From contig JBBRLX010000001.1 of the NCBI GenBank assembly GCA_038231135.1, positions 96,001-160,000 of the forward strand: a DNA stretch of 64,000 nucleotides. The letters are read 5' to 3'. A model generated the notes under the pieces. The model searched no databases. It was not told the DNA's origin and saw only the letters and a list, made by a program, of their open reading frames with translations. The position numbers and the translations under genes are program-made. Numbering within the stretch: the stretch's first letter is position 1; each line of letters starts with the position of its first letter. Below, in pieces: positions 1 through 9,390 of this stretch. Origin of the DNA: Candidatus Eiseniibacteriota bacterium. GTDB taxonomy: Bacteria > Eisenbacteria > RBG-16-71-46.

Positions 1-204
1 AACCCTGCGAAGATTGCTTTTACGAAAATCCTTGGATCTCCGTCATATTTTTGCAAACCTGTGAACCTGATGGTCGCATCAGAGAACGCGTAGCCTGGTT
101 CCCGGAGACGGGCCGGCGACGATCAGGGCCGTAACATCAAGCCAAAAGGGCCCTTCATCTGAGTGGCTGCGTTTGGAGTTTTCCCGGTCGCACCCGGAGA
201 ACCC

Positions 205-450
205 GTGGACTGCAACGAAGTATTGGATCAACTGTCGGATTTTCTCGATGAGGGCGCCCGCGCCGACTTGTGCCGCGCGATCGAGCAGCACCTCGTCCAG
301 TGCAAGGACTGTCGGTTCTATGTCGATTCGGTGAAGAAGACGATCGTGCTCTACCAGGCCGACTCCGGCGTCGAGGTCCCGATCTCGATCAGCACCCAGC
401 TTCAACAGGCGCTCGCGCGCGAGTACCGGACCGCGCAGAAGGACGATTGA
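205..450 (+). CDS. Zinc-finger (zf-HC2/ZAS) anti-sigma factor
   Basis: MDCNEV..LSDFLDE start and HLVQCKDC (HxxxCxxC) motif; GTG at 205 with GGAGA just upstream. Confidence 0.8.
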   Translation: MDCNEVLDQLSDFLDEGARADLCRAIEQHLVQCKDCRFYVDSVKKTIVLYQADSGVEVPISISTQLQQALAREYRTAQKDD

Positions 451-476
451 CACCCCGCTCGACGCGCTCCTAGACT
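447..476 (+). promoter_or_regulatory. Sigma70-type promoter upstream of ychF
   Basis: TTGACA (447-452), 18 nt spacer, TAGACT (471-476). Confidence 0.65.
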
Positions 477-489
477 CCCGCTCCTCATT

Positions 490-522
490 CGCCCGCAGGT
501 TCCGCCTGCGGGCGCTTGTGTG
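490..522 (+). terminator. GC-rich hairpin, possible terminator or 5' leader hairpin
   Basis: Perfect 10-bp stem CGCCCGCAGG/CCTGCGGGCG, 5-nt loop, weak T/G tail. Confidence 0.45.
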
Positions 523-576
523 TACGCCGCAACACCCTCCGGAGTCCGCGGCCCTCCATCACCCCGGAAGCGAAGC

Positions 577-1629
577 ATGAAGCGCGTCGGAATTCTCGGA
601 CTCCCCCAGTCGGGCAAGTCCACGGTGTTCGAAATCCTGATGCAGGGCGCGGGCAATTCCGCCTCGGGCGGGTCACGCGACCAGGTGGGCATGGTGCGCG
701 TCCCCGACGCGCGCGTGGACCAGCTCGCCGTGCTGTTCAAGCCCAAGAAGACCACGTACACGCAGATCCAGTTCGTCGACAGCGCCGCGGCCGGTCACAC
801 CAGCGCGCGCGTCGCGGCCAAGGGGCCCGATCTGTTCGCGGCCGTGCGCAACTGCGACTTGCTGATGGCCGTGGTGCGCGACTTCGAGAACGCGGCCGCG
901 CCGGCTCCCAAGGGGGTGGATCCCGATCGCGACCTGCGCGACGTCGAAACCGAGCTGATCTTCAACGATCTCGCGATCTGCGAGACGCGCATCGAGCGCA
1001 TCGAGAAGGAGCTGCGGATCGGCAAGAAACAGGGTGAGCGCGAGCACGTGCTGCTGGTGCGCTGCAAGACGCGCCTCGAGGCCGAACAGCCGCTGCGCGG
1101 CGAGACGTTCGACGCCGAGGAGGAGAAGCTGCTGCGCGGGTTCCAATTACTCACGCGGAAACCGCTGCTCGTGGTGTACAACCAGGACGAGAACTCGACC
1201 CGCACGCCGCCGCCGCCCGGCCCGGGCACGAACGCGGTGGTGATCAAGGCGCATCTCGAGCGTGAGATCGTCGCGTTGCCGGCCGAGGAACGACCGGCGT
1301 TCCGCGCCGAACTGGGCATCGGCGAGGACGGGCTCTCGCTGCTGATCCGGGCCTGCTACGATCTGCTGGGACTGATCTCGTTCTTCACGGTCGGCCCCGA
1401 CGAGGTGCGGGCGTGGACGATCCGCCGCGGCGAGCATGCCGTGGATGCGGCGGGCGAGATCCATTCCGATCTCGCCCGCGGATTCATCCGCGCGGAAGTG
1501 AGCGAGTGGCAGACGTTGATCGAGAAGGGCGGCATCGCGGGCGCACGCACCGCGGGCCAGCTGAGGCTCGAAGGCCGCGACTACGCGGTGAACGACGGCG
1601 ACTGTCTGGAGATCCGGTTCAATGCCTGA
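577..1629 (+). CDS. ychF: YchF/Obg-family ATPase with TGS-like C-terminus
   Basis: GLPQSGKST P-loop, VPDARVD, FFTVGPDEVRAWTI, AAGEIHSDLARGFIRAEV, RLEGRDYAVNDGD. Confidence 0.9.
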   Translation: MKRVGILGLPQSGKSTVFEILMQGAGNSASGGSRDQVGMVRVPDARVDQLAVLFKPKKTTYTQIQFVDSAAAGHTSARVAAKGPDLFAAVRNCDLLMAVVRDFENAAAPAPKGVDPDRDLRDVETELIFNDLAICETRIERIEKELRIGKKQGEREHVLLVRCKTRLEAEQPLRGETFDAEEEKLLRGFQLLTRKPLLVVYNQDENSTRTPPPPGPGTNAVVIKAHLEREIVALPAEERPAFRAELGIGEDGLSLLIRACYDLLGLISFFTVGPDEVRAWTIRRGEHAVDAAGEIHSDLARGFIRAEVSEWQTLIEKGGIAGARTAGQLRLEGRDYAVNDGDCLEIRFNA

Positions 1630-2215
1630 GTGCCCGAGACTCGAACGCTGGCCGGTGCTCGTCGCGACGTTCGCGATCGCACTGGGCGCCGCGGCTCCCG
1701 CCCACGCGCTGGCGCCCGCGAAGTTCGGCGGCCACCTGTCGCTGGGCTACGCCCACTTGTTCACCACGCAATCGCCGGGGGGCTCGCTGTCGCTCGCCGG
1801 CGGGGTCGACTATCCGGTGTCGGACGACCTGCGCATCGGCGCCGAGGCCGGCTTCGACCTGCTCGGCAGCCGCTCGGTCGACGTCGGCAGCCAGACGGCG
1901 AACCTCGACTACACGATGTTCGAGGCCGCGCTGCTCGCGCACTGGAAACCGGCCGGGCTCGGGCCGATCGGCCGGATCTCGGCGGGTCCGGCGCTGATGA
2001 GCGCCCGCGCCGAGCTGTCGACCGCCGGGGGTGGCCTCGCGTTCACCGGGCTCGCGATCGAAAAGGTCGTCCCGGGCGCCGCGTTCTCCGTGACGCTGCT
2101 CAAGAAACGCTCGAAATCCCCGGTGCTGGCCGGCCTCGAGCTGGGCGTCCATTCGGCGTTCCTGCCCAACGACACCTGGACGGTCGTGAAACTGAGACTG
2201 GCGATCCACTACTGA
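1622..2215 (+). CDS. Secreted protein, probable small outer-membrane beta-barrel
   Basis: Signal peptide ending AHA, amphipathic Gly/aromatic strands, C-terminal aromatic residue (LRLAIHY); overlaps the ychF stop. Confidence 0.6.
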   Translation: MPECPRLERWPVLVATFAIALGAAAPAHALAPAKFGGHLSLGYAHLFTTQSPGGSLSLAGGVDYPVSDDLRIGAEAGFDLLGSRSVDVGSQTANLDYTMFEAALLAHWKPAGLGPIGRISAGPALMSARAELSTAGGGLAFTGLAIEKVVPGAAFSVTLLKKRSKSPVLAGLELGVHSAFLPNDTWTVVKLRLAIHY

Positions 2216-2230
2216 GCGGTGGGGCGCGTT

Positions 2231-2259
2231 TGGACCTCCCGCCACCCCCGAGCTATGCT
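2231..2259 (+). promoter_or_regulatory. Putative sigma70 promoter of the rib operon
   Basis: TGGACC-17 nt-TATGCT directly upstream of the riboswitch. Confidence 0.55.
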
Positions 2260-2270
2260 CCGTGGTCTGA

Positions 2271-2400
2271 ACTCCTTCGGGGCGGGGTGCGAGTCCCCAC
2301 CGGCGGTAAAGCCCGCGAGCGGCTCCTCAGGTTCCAGACTTGGTGGCCGCAGATCCGGTGAAACTCCGGGGCCGACCGTACAGTCGGGATGAAAGAGGGA
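2271..2400 (+). ncRNA. FMN riboswitch (RFN element)
   Basis: GGGCGGGGTGCGAGTCCCCACCGGCGGTAAAGCCCGCGAG...AGATCCGGTGAAACTCCGGGGCCGACCGTACAGTCGGGATGAAAGAG matches the RFN consensus; lies upstream of ribD. Confidence 0.97.
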
Positions 2401-2439
2401 GACGCGCGGGCACCACCCTGTCCGCGGCCGTCGCATGTT

Positions 2440-2476
2440 CGCCCCGTGGTCGATTCCGCGGGGCGTTTCGCGTTTC
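2440..2476 (+). terminator. Riboswitch expression-platform terminator
   Basis: Stem CGCCCCGTGG/CCGCGGGGCG followed by TTTCGCGTTTC. Confidence 0.7.
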
Positions 2477-2492
2477 GAAAGGCTGGATCCGA

Positions 2493-3644
2493 ATGCAGAA
2501 GCCGGTGCGCGGGCGATCGGGCAGAACCGGTCGCACCGCTGCCGAACGGGATACCGACGAGCGGTTCATGCGGCGCGCGCTCGCGCTCGCGGGCCGCGGC
2601 CGCGGCGCCACGCGTCCGAATCCCATGGTGGGTGCGGTGGTGGTGCGCGGCGGCCGCGTGGCCGGCGAGGGCTGGCACCGCGCGGCCGGGCTGCCGCACG
2701 CCGAGATCGGGGCGCTCGGGCAGGCGGGTGGCCGCGCCCGCGGCGCCACGCTGTACGTGACGCTCGAGCCGTGCGCCCATACCGGCCGCACGCCGCCGTG
2801 CGTCGACGCGATCATCGCGGCCGGCATCACGCGCTGCGTGGTCGCGCTGCGCGACCCGCACGTGATTGTCGACGGCCGCGGTTTGCGCCGGCTGCGCCGC
2901 GCCGGCATCAACGTGCAGACGGGCGTGCTCGAACCCGAGGCCCGGCGCCTGCTCGCCGGCTACCTCCGGGTCCACGAGCGCGGCCGGCCGCTCGTCACGT
3001 GGAAGATCGCGACCACGCTCGACGGCAGGGTCGCGGATCGCCGCGGGCGCTCGCAGTGGATCACGGGCTCCGCCGCGCGCGCCGAGGTGCACCGCTTGCG
3101 TGCGCAGTCCGACGCGATCGTGATCGGCTCCGGCACCGCGCGCGCCGATGATCCGCGACTCACCGTGCGCGGCCGCGCGCGCCGCGCGCCGCCACCGTTG
3201 CGCGTGGTGTGCGACAGCCGGCTCGAACTGCCGCGTACGCTCCGGCTGTTCCGCCCGCCGCTCGCGCGCGGCACCGTCGTGGCCTGCCGGCGCGACGCCC
3301 CGGCCGCGCGGGTGGCGGAGCTCGAGCGCCGCGGCATCCAGGTGTGGCGGCTGCCGGCGAGCCGCGGCGGCGTGTCGCCCCGTGCGGTCGCGAAGCGGCT
3401 CGCCCAGGCAGGCTGCCTGGACGTGCTGCTGGAATCGGGCCCGCGGCTCGGCACCGCGTGGCTGCGGGCGGGCGTCGTGGACCGCCTGGCGTGGTTCGTC
3501 GCACCCAAGCTGCTCGGCGCCCCCGGCCTGCCCTGGTGCGGTCCGCTGGGGCGCAACTCGCTCGCCGCCGCGCTGCCGGTCCGCATCGACCGGATCGGCC
3601 GCGCCGGCGACGATGCGTTCCTCTCCCTCGAACTCGAGGCCTGA
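2493..3644 (+). CDS. ribD: Riboflavin biosynthesis deaminase/reductase
   Basis: PNPMVGAV, HAE, TLEPCAHTGRTPPC deaminase motifs; TLDG..SQWITG..DDPRLTVR reductase motifs; start uncertain. Confidence 0.95.
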   Translation: MQKPVRGRSGRTGRTAAERDTDERFMRRALALAGRGRGATRPNPMVGAVVVRGGRVAGEGWHRAAGLPHAEIGALGQAGGRARGATLYVTLEPCAHTGRTPPCVDAIIAAGITRCVVALRDPHVIVDGRGLRRLRRAGINVQTGVLEPEARRLLAGYLRVHERGRPLVTWKIATTLDGRVADRRGRSQWITGSAARAEVHRLRAQSDAIVIGSGTARADDPRLTVRGRARRAPPPLRVVCDSRLELPRTLRLFRPPLARGTVVACRRDAPAARVAELERRGIQVWRLPASRGGVSPRAVAKRLAQAGCLDVLLESGPRLGTAWLRAGVVDRLAWFVAPKLLGAPGLPWCGPLGRNSLAAALPVRIDRIGRAGDDAFLSLELEA

Positions 3645-3645
3645 C

Positions 3646-4254
3646 ATGTTCACCGGACTGATCGAAGCACTCGGCACCGTGGCCCGGCTCGAGGCGCGGC
3701 CGCGCGGCCGCTGGCTCGAAATCACCACTCCCGCATTCGGCGACCTCGCGATCGGCGACAGCATCGCCGTGAACGGCGTGTGCCTCACCGCGACCGCGGT
3801 CGGCCCGCACGGCTTCTCGGCGGAAGCGGTGCCCGAGACGCTGTCGCGCACCACGCTCGGCGAGTTGCACCGCGAGGGCCAGGTCAACCTCGAGCGCGCA
3901 CTGCGCGTGGGCGATCGCTTCGGCGGCCACATGGTGCAGGGGCACGTCGACGGCGTAGCCCAGGTGCGCCGGGTCGTCGCCGAGGGCGCCAGCCGGCGGG
4001 TGCACTTCGAGCTGCCCGAGGCGCTCGCGCCGTTCGTGGCCGAGAAGGGCTCGATCGCCGTCGACGGCGTCAGCCTCACCGTGGCCGCGTGCGACCTCGA
4101 CTCGTTCGAAGTCGCGCTGATCCCGCACACGCTCGAACACACGATCGCGCGCACCTACCGGGTGGGCTCGCGCGTGAATCTCGAGGTCGATCTCGTGGCG
4201 CGCTATCTCGCGCGCATGCTCGAGGTCGGTCCGATCGAAAGGAGCCCATCGTGA
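3646..4254 (+). CDS. ribE: Riboflavin synthase alpha chain
   Basis: MFTGL start, [34 protein letters not shown]. Confidence 0.97.
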   Translation: MFTGLIEALGTVARLEARPRGRWLEITTPAFGDLAIGDSIAVNGVCLTATAVGPHGFSAEAVPETLSRTTLGELHREGQVNLERALRVGDRFGGHMVQGHVDGVAQVRRVVAEGASRRVHFELPEALAPFVAEKGSIAVDGVSLTVAACDLDSFEVALIPHTLEHTIARTYRVGSRVNLEVDLVARYLARMLEVGPIERSPS

Positions 4255-5708
4255 GCCGGTCCCGACCCCGCCGCGCCGCGCGTACGACGACCGCTGCCGC
4301 GCCGCGCCGGCGCAGGCCGGCCACGGCCGCGCCGCGCTCCCGCACGGCGGCCGCGGCCGCGCCGCACGGGCGCACGGCGCCCGCCGCGACGCGGCGAGGG
4401 CGCCCCAAGTCCGTCGCGTCCCGCCATGCCCGGATCGCGCCGGACTCACCCCGGTCGCGCGAATCGAGGAACGGCGCGGCGTCGCGCCCGCGGGGCGACG
4501 TGTTCCTCGGCGTCGCCGAAGCCGTGGCGCAGATCAAGGCGGGGCGGATGGTGATCGTGGTGGATGACGCCGACCGGGAGAACGAAGGCGACATCGTGTT
4601 CGCGGCCGAGAAGGCCACGCCCGACCTGGTGAACTTCGCGGTCAAGCACGGCCGCGGCATCCTGTGCGCGCCGATGGTGCCCGAGATCGCCGACCGGCTG
4701 GGCCTCAAGCTGATGGTGTCGCAGAACACCGCCAAGTTCGGGACGCCGTTCACGGAATCCGTCGACGTGCGGCGCGGCACCACGACCGGCACCTCGGTGT
4801 TCGACCGCACGCGCACGCTCAAGTCGCTCGCGAATCCACGCACCCGGCCCCGGGACCTCGACCGGCCGGGGCACGTGTTCCCGCTGCGCGCCGCGCCCGG
4901 CGGCGTGCTGCGCCGCGCCGGGCACACCGAAGCGGTGCCGGATCTGTGCCGGCTCGCGGGTCTCGAGCCGGTGGGTGCGCTGTGCGAGATCCTCACCGAC
5001 GACGGCGGCATGATGCGGCTGCCGGAGCTGCAGAAGTTCGCGCGCCGTCACGGGCTCGGCATCCTCACCATCCGCGACCTGATCGAGTACCGCCGCCACC
5101 GCGAGCAGCTGGTGCGCCGCATCCTGACGGTGCCGCTGCCGACCGAGCACGGCACGTTCCAGCTCCACCTGTACGAGAGCGTGCTCGAGAACGACCATCA
5201 CGTGGCGCTGGTCGCGGGGCGCGTCGATTCGCGCAAGCCGGTGCTGGTGCGCGTGCACTCGCAGTGCCTGACGGGCGACGTGTTCGGCTCGCAGCGCTGC
5301 GACTGCGGCCAGCAGATGCACGCGGCGATGGCGCAGATCGCGAAGCAGGGCGGCGTGTTCCTGTACCTGCGCCAGGAGGGCCGCGGCATCGGGCTCGCGA
5401 ACAAGCTCAAGGCCTACCGGCTGCAGGACCAGGGCTACGACACCGTCGAGGCGAACGTGAAGCTCGGGTTCGCCGCCGATCTGCGCGACTACGGCATCGG
5501 CGCCCAGATCCTCGCGGATCTCGGCGTGCGTAAGATCGATCTGCTCACGAACAATCCGCGCAAGATCGTGGGCCTCGAAGCGTACGGGCTCACGATTCAC
5601 CAGCGCCTGCCCATCAAGATCGCCGCCACCCGCTATAATCGGAAGTACCTGGCGACCAAGCGCGACAAGCTGGGCCACCTGCTCGATCTCGACCTGGGAG
5701 AGGTGTGA
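4251..5708 (+). CDS. ribBA: Bifunctional DHBP synthase / GTP cyclohydrolase II
   Basis: [50 protein letters not shown] at 4251 with AAGGAG RBS. Confidence 0.97.
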   Translation: MSRSRPRRAARTTTAAAPRRRRPATAAPRSRTAAAAAPHGRTAPAATRRGRPKSVASRHARIAPDSPRSRESRNGAASRPRGDVFLGVAEAVAQIKAGRMVIVVDDADRENEGDIVFAAEKATPDLVNFAVKHGRGILCAPMVPEIADRLGLKLMVSQNTAKFGTPFTESVDVRRGTTTGTSVFDRTRTLKSLANPRTRPRDLDRPGHVFPLRAAPGGVLRRAGHTEAVPDLCRLAGLEPVGALCEILTDDGGMMRLPELQKFARRHGLGILTIRDLIEYRRHREQLVRRILTVPLPTEHGTFQLHLYESVLENDHHVALVAGRVDSRKPVLVRVHSQCLTGDVFGSQRCDCGQQMHAAMAQIAKQGGVFLYLRQEGRGIGLANKLKAYRLQDQGYDTVEANVKLGFAADLRDYGIGAQILADLGVRKIDLLTNNPRKIVGLEAYGLTIHQRLPIKIAATRYNRKYLATKRDKLGHLLDLDLGEV

Positions 5709-6181
5709 TGGTGCGGGAGCCCGCCGCGAACGCCGAGGCCGCCGGGCTCAGGTTCGCCGTGGTCGCGGCCCGGTTCAACGAGAGCTACGTGCGCCGGCTG
5801 GCGGACGCGGCGCTCGACGTCCTGCGCCGCCGCGGCGCCCGCGAGGAGGATCTCGAATTGCTGTGGGTGCCGGGCAGCTTCGAGTTGCCGCTCGCGTGCC
5901 GGTGGGCCGCGGACACCGGGCGCTATGACGCGGTGCTCGCATTCGGCCTCGTGCTCAAGGGCGAAACCGAGCACTTCCGCCTGGTGGCGGACGCGGCGTC
6001 CGACGGGCTGCTGCGCGTGGGGCTCGACACCGGCGTGCCGGTGCTGAACGGCGTGCTGGCCGCGTACGACGTGGAGCAGGCCGCGGCGCGCACCGGCGGC
6101 GCGCTCGGCAATCGTGGCGCCGAGATCGCGCTCGCCGCGGTGCACATGGCGAATCTGAAGCGCACGCTGGAGAGCGCGTGA
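5708..6181 (+). CDS. ribH: 6,7-dimethyl-8-ribityllumazine synthase
   Basis: VAARFN, VPGSFELP, KGETEHF, PVLNGVL; start 5705 or 5708. Confidence 0.95.
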   Translation: MVREPAANAEAAGLRFAVVAARFNESYVRRLADAALDVLRRRGAREEDLELLWVPGSFELPLACRWAADTGRYDAVLAFGLVLKGETEHFRLVADAASDGLLRVGLDTGVPVLNGVLAAYDVEQAAARTGGALGNRGAEIALAAVHMANLKRTLESA

Positions 6182-6747
6182 CGCGCGCGCGTGGCCGGCA
6201 CCCCGGCGGATCGCCCGGCGGCCCTCGCGGCGGCGCCCCCGGCGGCCCTCGCGGCGGCGCCCCCGGCGGGCCGGGTGGCGGCCCCGCCCACAACTTCACG
6301 GACCGGGGGCGCGGCGGCGACGACGGCCGCGCCGACACCGGCCGGCGCCGGGCGCGCGAGCTGGCGTTTCGCGTTGCCTACGAATCCGACGTGAACCACG
6401 ATGCCGTCGCCGACGTATGGCAGCGCATCGCGGCGGACGAGCGGCTCACCGACGACCAGCGCGAGCTGGTCGACGACGTCGTCGGGGCGCTGGCGCGGGA
6501 GGGTGGCGTGGACGCACATCTCGAGGAGGCGCTCGAACGCTGGCCGCTCGCCCGGCTGGCCGCGACCGACCGGGCGGTGCTGCGCGCCGCGGTCGCCGAG
6601 CTGGTCGCCCGCGCGGGCATCCCCGCGCCGATCGTGATCGACGAATCGATCGAGATCGCCCGGCGGTTCGGCACCGACGAGTCGGGCCGGTTCGTCAACG
6701 GCGTTCTCGACCGAGTGGCGCGCATGCTGCGCCCGGGCGAGCTGTGA
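6178..6747 (+). CDS. nusB: Transcription antitermination factor NusB
   Basis: RRRARELA, DRAVLR, IDESIEIARRFG, FVNGVLD; follows ribH. Confidence 0.93.
   Translation: MTRARGRHPGGSPGGPRGGAPGGPRGGAPGGPGGGPAHNFTDRGRGGDDGRADTGRRRARELAFRVAYESDVNHDAVADVWQRIAADERLTDDQRELVDDVVGALAREGGVDAHLEEALERWPLARLAATDRAVLRAAVAELVARAGIPAPIVIDESIEIARRFGTDESGRFVNGVLDRVARMLRPGEL
6214..6269 (+). repeat. 24-bp tandem repeat in the nusB 5' region
   Basis: CCCGGCGGCCCTCGCGGCGGCGCC twice plus a partial copy; encodes PGGPRGGA. Confidence 0.9.
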
Positions 6748-7466
6748 AGCCGCACGCGGTGCTGTCGGACATCCACGGCAATCTCGAGGCGCTCGAGGCG
6801 GTGCTCGCCGACATGGACCGCCGCGGCGTCGAGCACATCGCCTGCCTCGGAGACTTCGTCGGCTACGGCGCGGCGCCGAACGAGTGCATGGACCTGCTGC
6901 GGCCGCGCCTCGACGTCGCCGTCGCCGGCAACCACGACCTCGCCGCCTGCGGCCGCATCCGGCTCGGCTACTTCCACAAGGACGCGGCGACCGCCGCGCG
7001 CTGGACCAACAAGAGCCTGACGCCGGAGAACCTGGCCTGGCTCGAGGCGCTGCCGTTCACCTCGGAATGGCAGGGCATGTGGCTCGTGCACTCGACGCCC
7101 TCCGAGCCCGACAGCTGGTCGTACGTGATGGCGGCGGACGAGGCCGGGCTCGAGATGGCGGCGTATACGCAGGCTGTGTGCCTGATCGGACATTCGCACT
7201 ATCCCGGCGCGTTTCGTCGCAGCGGCAACACGGTCACGTATACGCGCGACACGGAGGTGCCGATCGTGCCCGGCGACAAGTATCTCGTGAACGTCGCGAG
7301 CGTCGGCCAGCCGCGCGACGGCGATCCGCGTGCGGGCTACCTGCTCGTCGAACCCGGCGTGCTGCGGCACGTACGGCTCGGCTACGATGTGAACCGGGCG
7401 GCCGCGCGCATCGAATCCGCGGGCCTGCCGTCGATGCTGGCGGAACGCCTGCGCTGGGGGGAGTGA
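6744..7466 (+). CDS. Metallophosphoesterase (calcineurin-like)
   Basis: SDIHGN, GDFVGYG, GNHD, GHSH, SVGQPRDGDPRA. Confidence 0.9.
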   Translation: MKPHAVLSDIHGNLEALEAVLADMDRRGVEHIACLGDFVGYGAAPNECMDLLRPRLDVAVAGNHDLAACGRIRLGYFHKDAATAARWTNKSLTPENLAWLEALPFTSEWQGMWLVHSTPSEPDSWSYVMAADEAGLEMAAYTQAVCLIGHSHYPGAFRRSGNTVTYTRDTEVPIVPGDKYLVNVASVGQPRDGDPRAGYLLVEPGVLRHVRLGYDVNRAAARIESAGLPSMLAERLRWGE

Positions 7467-8245
7467 GATTGGCGGATCGCGTTTCGACGCTGGAACACTG
7501 GGAATCCTACTGGCGCGGCCATGCGAACCTCGAGGAGACCTACTCCACGGGCGGTCGGCTGGTGCGCGAGGTGCTCGCGGACGGCGACGTCCGCGGCCGC
7601 GTGGTGATGGAGGTCGGCGCCGGTTCGGGCCGCGACATCCTCGAGCTGGCGCGCCACGGCGCGACCGGCATCGTGCTCGACTATTCGCCGGCGTCGCTCG
7701 AGCTGGTGCAGCGGCAGTCGCGGGCGTCGGGCGTGCCGGTGCACCTGATCCGCGCCGACGCGCTGGCGCTGCCGTTCAAGGATGGCGCGATCGACGTGGT
7801 GTTCCACCAGGGCCTGCTCGAGCACTTCCGCGACCCGATGCCGCTGCTGCGCGAGAACGCGCGCGTCACGAGGACCGGCGGACGGGTGATCGTCGACGTG
7901 CCGCAGACCTGGCACCTGTACACCGCGATGAAGCAGTCGCTGATTGCCCTGAACCGCTGGTTCGCGGGCTGGGAGACCCAGTTCACGCCGGCCGAGCTCG
8001 AGCGCTGCGTGCGGGCCGCGGGGCTCGAGGTGAAGCGCACGTACGGCGAGTGGCTGGTGCCGGGCCTCGCCTATCGCGTGACGCGCGAGGTGCTGAAGCG
8101 CGGCGCGGCCGTCACGCTGCCGCTCGAGCCGCGCGGGCCGGTCTGGTGGCAGCGCATGTGGACGGGCGCGCGGGCGCGATTCGGCCACACCCGCGCGGCA
8201 CTCTATACCTGCCACGTGATCGGCACCGTGGGGATCAAGCGTTGA
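7463..8245 (+). CDS. Class I SAM-dependent methyltransferase
   Basis: VMEVGAGSG motif I, ADALALPF, LLEHF; start GTG 7463 or TTG 7469. Confidence 0.88.
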   Translation: MRLADRVSTLEHWESYWRGHANLEETYSTGGRLVREVLADGDVRGRVVMEVGAGSGRDILELARHGATGIVLDYSPASLELVQRQSRASGVPVHLIRADALALPFKDGAIDVVFHQGLLEHFRDPMPLLRENARVTRTGGRVIVDVPQTWHLYTAMKQSLIALNRWFAGWETQFTPAELERCVRAAGLEVKRTYGEWLVPGLAYRVTREVLKRGAAVTLPLEPRGPVWWQRMWTGARARFGHTRAALYTCHVIGTVGIKR

Positions 8246-9390
8246 GCGCGGCGCCCGATCGCCCGCTGCGAATCGTGGCCGTGAACTTCCGCGATCCCGG
8301 TAATCCCGAGGCCGGCGGGGCCGAGTTGCACCTGGAGGAGATCCTGCTCGAAGCCGTGCGCCGTGGTCACGACGTGACGTGGCTCGCCGCGGGATTCCCG
8401 GGCGGGGCGCCGGACACGGTCCATCGCGGCATCCGGGTGGTGCGCCGCGCCACGTGGTGGAACTTCAACCTGGCGGTGCGCGGCGTGCTGGCGCGCGAGT
8501 TCGCGTCGCCGCCGCCCGATCTCGTGATCGAGGACATCAACAAGGCGCCGTGCTTCACGCCGGGCGCGGTGGCGGCGCCGGTGGCGGTGATCGTGCCCCA
8601 CCTGTTCGGCACCACCGCGTACCAGGAGGCGCCGTGGCCGGTCGCGACCTACGTGCTCGCGCTCGAGTCGCGGATCCCGGCGGCCTACCGGGCATGCGAC
8701 TTCCTCGCGATCTCGGAGAGCACGCGCGACGACCTGATCGCGCGCGGCGTGCCGCCCGCGCGCATCGCGGTGGTCCACTGCGGCCTCGATCACGACACCT
8801 ATCGCGTGAATGGCACGCCCAAGAGCGCCGGCCCCACGATCCTGTACGTGGGACGGCTGCGCCGCTACAAGGGCGTCGACTGGACGATCCGTGTGATGCC
8901 GCGCGTGCTGGCCCGGGTGCCCGGCGCCCGGCTGGTGGTGATCGGCGACGGACCCGACCGGCCGCGGCTCGAGGCGATGCTGGGCCGCAGCGGCGCCGGG
9001 CACGCAGTCGAATTCCTCGGGTTCATCCCCCGCGCCGACAAGGCGCGGTGGATGCGCGCGGCATGGGCGGTGGTGCAGCCGTCGCCCAAGGAGGGCTGGG
9101 GGCTCACGGTCGTCGAGGCGGCCGCCTCGGGCACCGCCGTGATCGCCGCCGACAGTCCGGGCCTGCGCGATTCCGTGCGCCGCGACGAAACCGGACTGCT
9201 GGTGCCGTATGGTGACGACGCGGCGCTCGAGCAGGCGCTGGTGACGGTGCTGACCGACACGCCGCTGCGGGACCGACTGGCCCGTGCCGGCGTCGCGTGG
9301 TCCAGGAACTTCACGTGGCCCGATTGCGCGGCGCGTTCGCTCGACGCGCTGCTCGCGCCGGTCACGGCGCGGCGGGCGGAGGCGGGATGA
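8242..9390 (+). CDS. Glycosyltransferase family 4
   Basis: AGGAE, VGRLRRYKG, EGWGLTVVEAAASG. Confidence 0.92.
   Translation: MSAAPDRPLRIVAVNFRDPGNPEAGGAELHLEEILLEAVRRGHDVTWLAAGFPGGAPDTVHRGIRVVRRATWWNFNLAVRGVLAREFASPPPDLVIEDINKAPCFTPGAVAAPVAVIVPHLFGTTAYQEAPWPVATYVLALESRIPAAYRACDFLAISESTRDDLIARGVPPARIAVVHCGLDHDTYRVNGTPKSAGPTILYVGRLRRYKGVDWTIRVMPRVLARVPGARLVVIGDGPDRPRLEAMLGRSGAGHAVEFLGFIPRADKARWMRAAWAVVQPSPKEGWGLTVVEAAASGTAVIAADSPGLRDSVRRDETGLLVPYGDDAALEQALVTVLTDTPLRDRLARAGVAWSRNFTWPDCAARSLDALLAPVTARRAEAG

Noticed and set aside
52..96. TPP or c-di-GMP-I riboswitch resemblance (GAACCTGAT..GCGTAG; GCAAACC..ACGC..AGCC)
   Set aside because: Lacks the TPP CTGAGA element and the c-di-GMP-I GNRA-capped P2 and GACGCAAAG core
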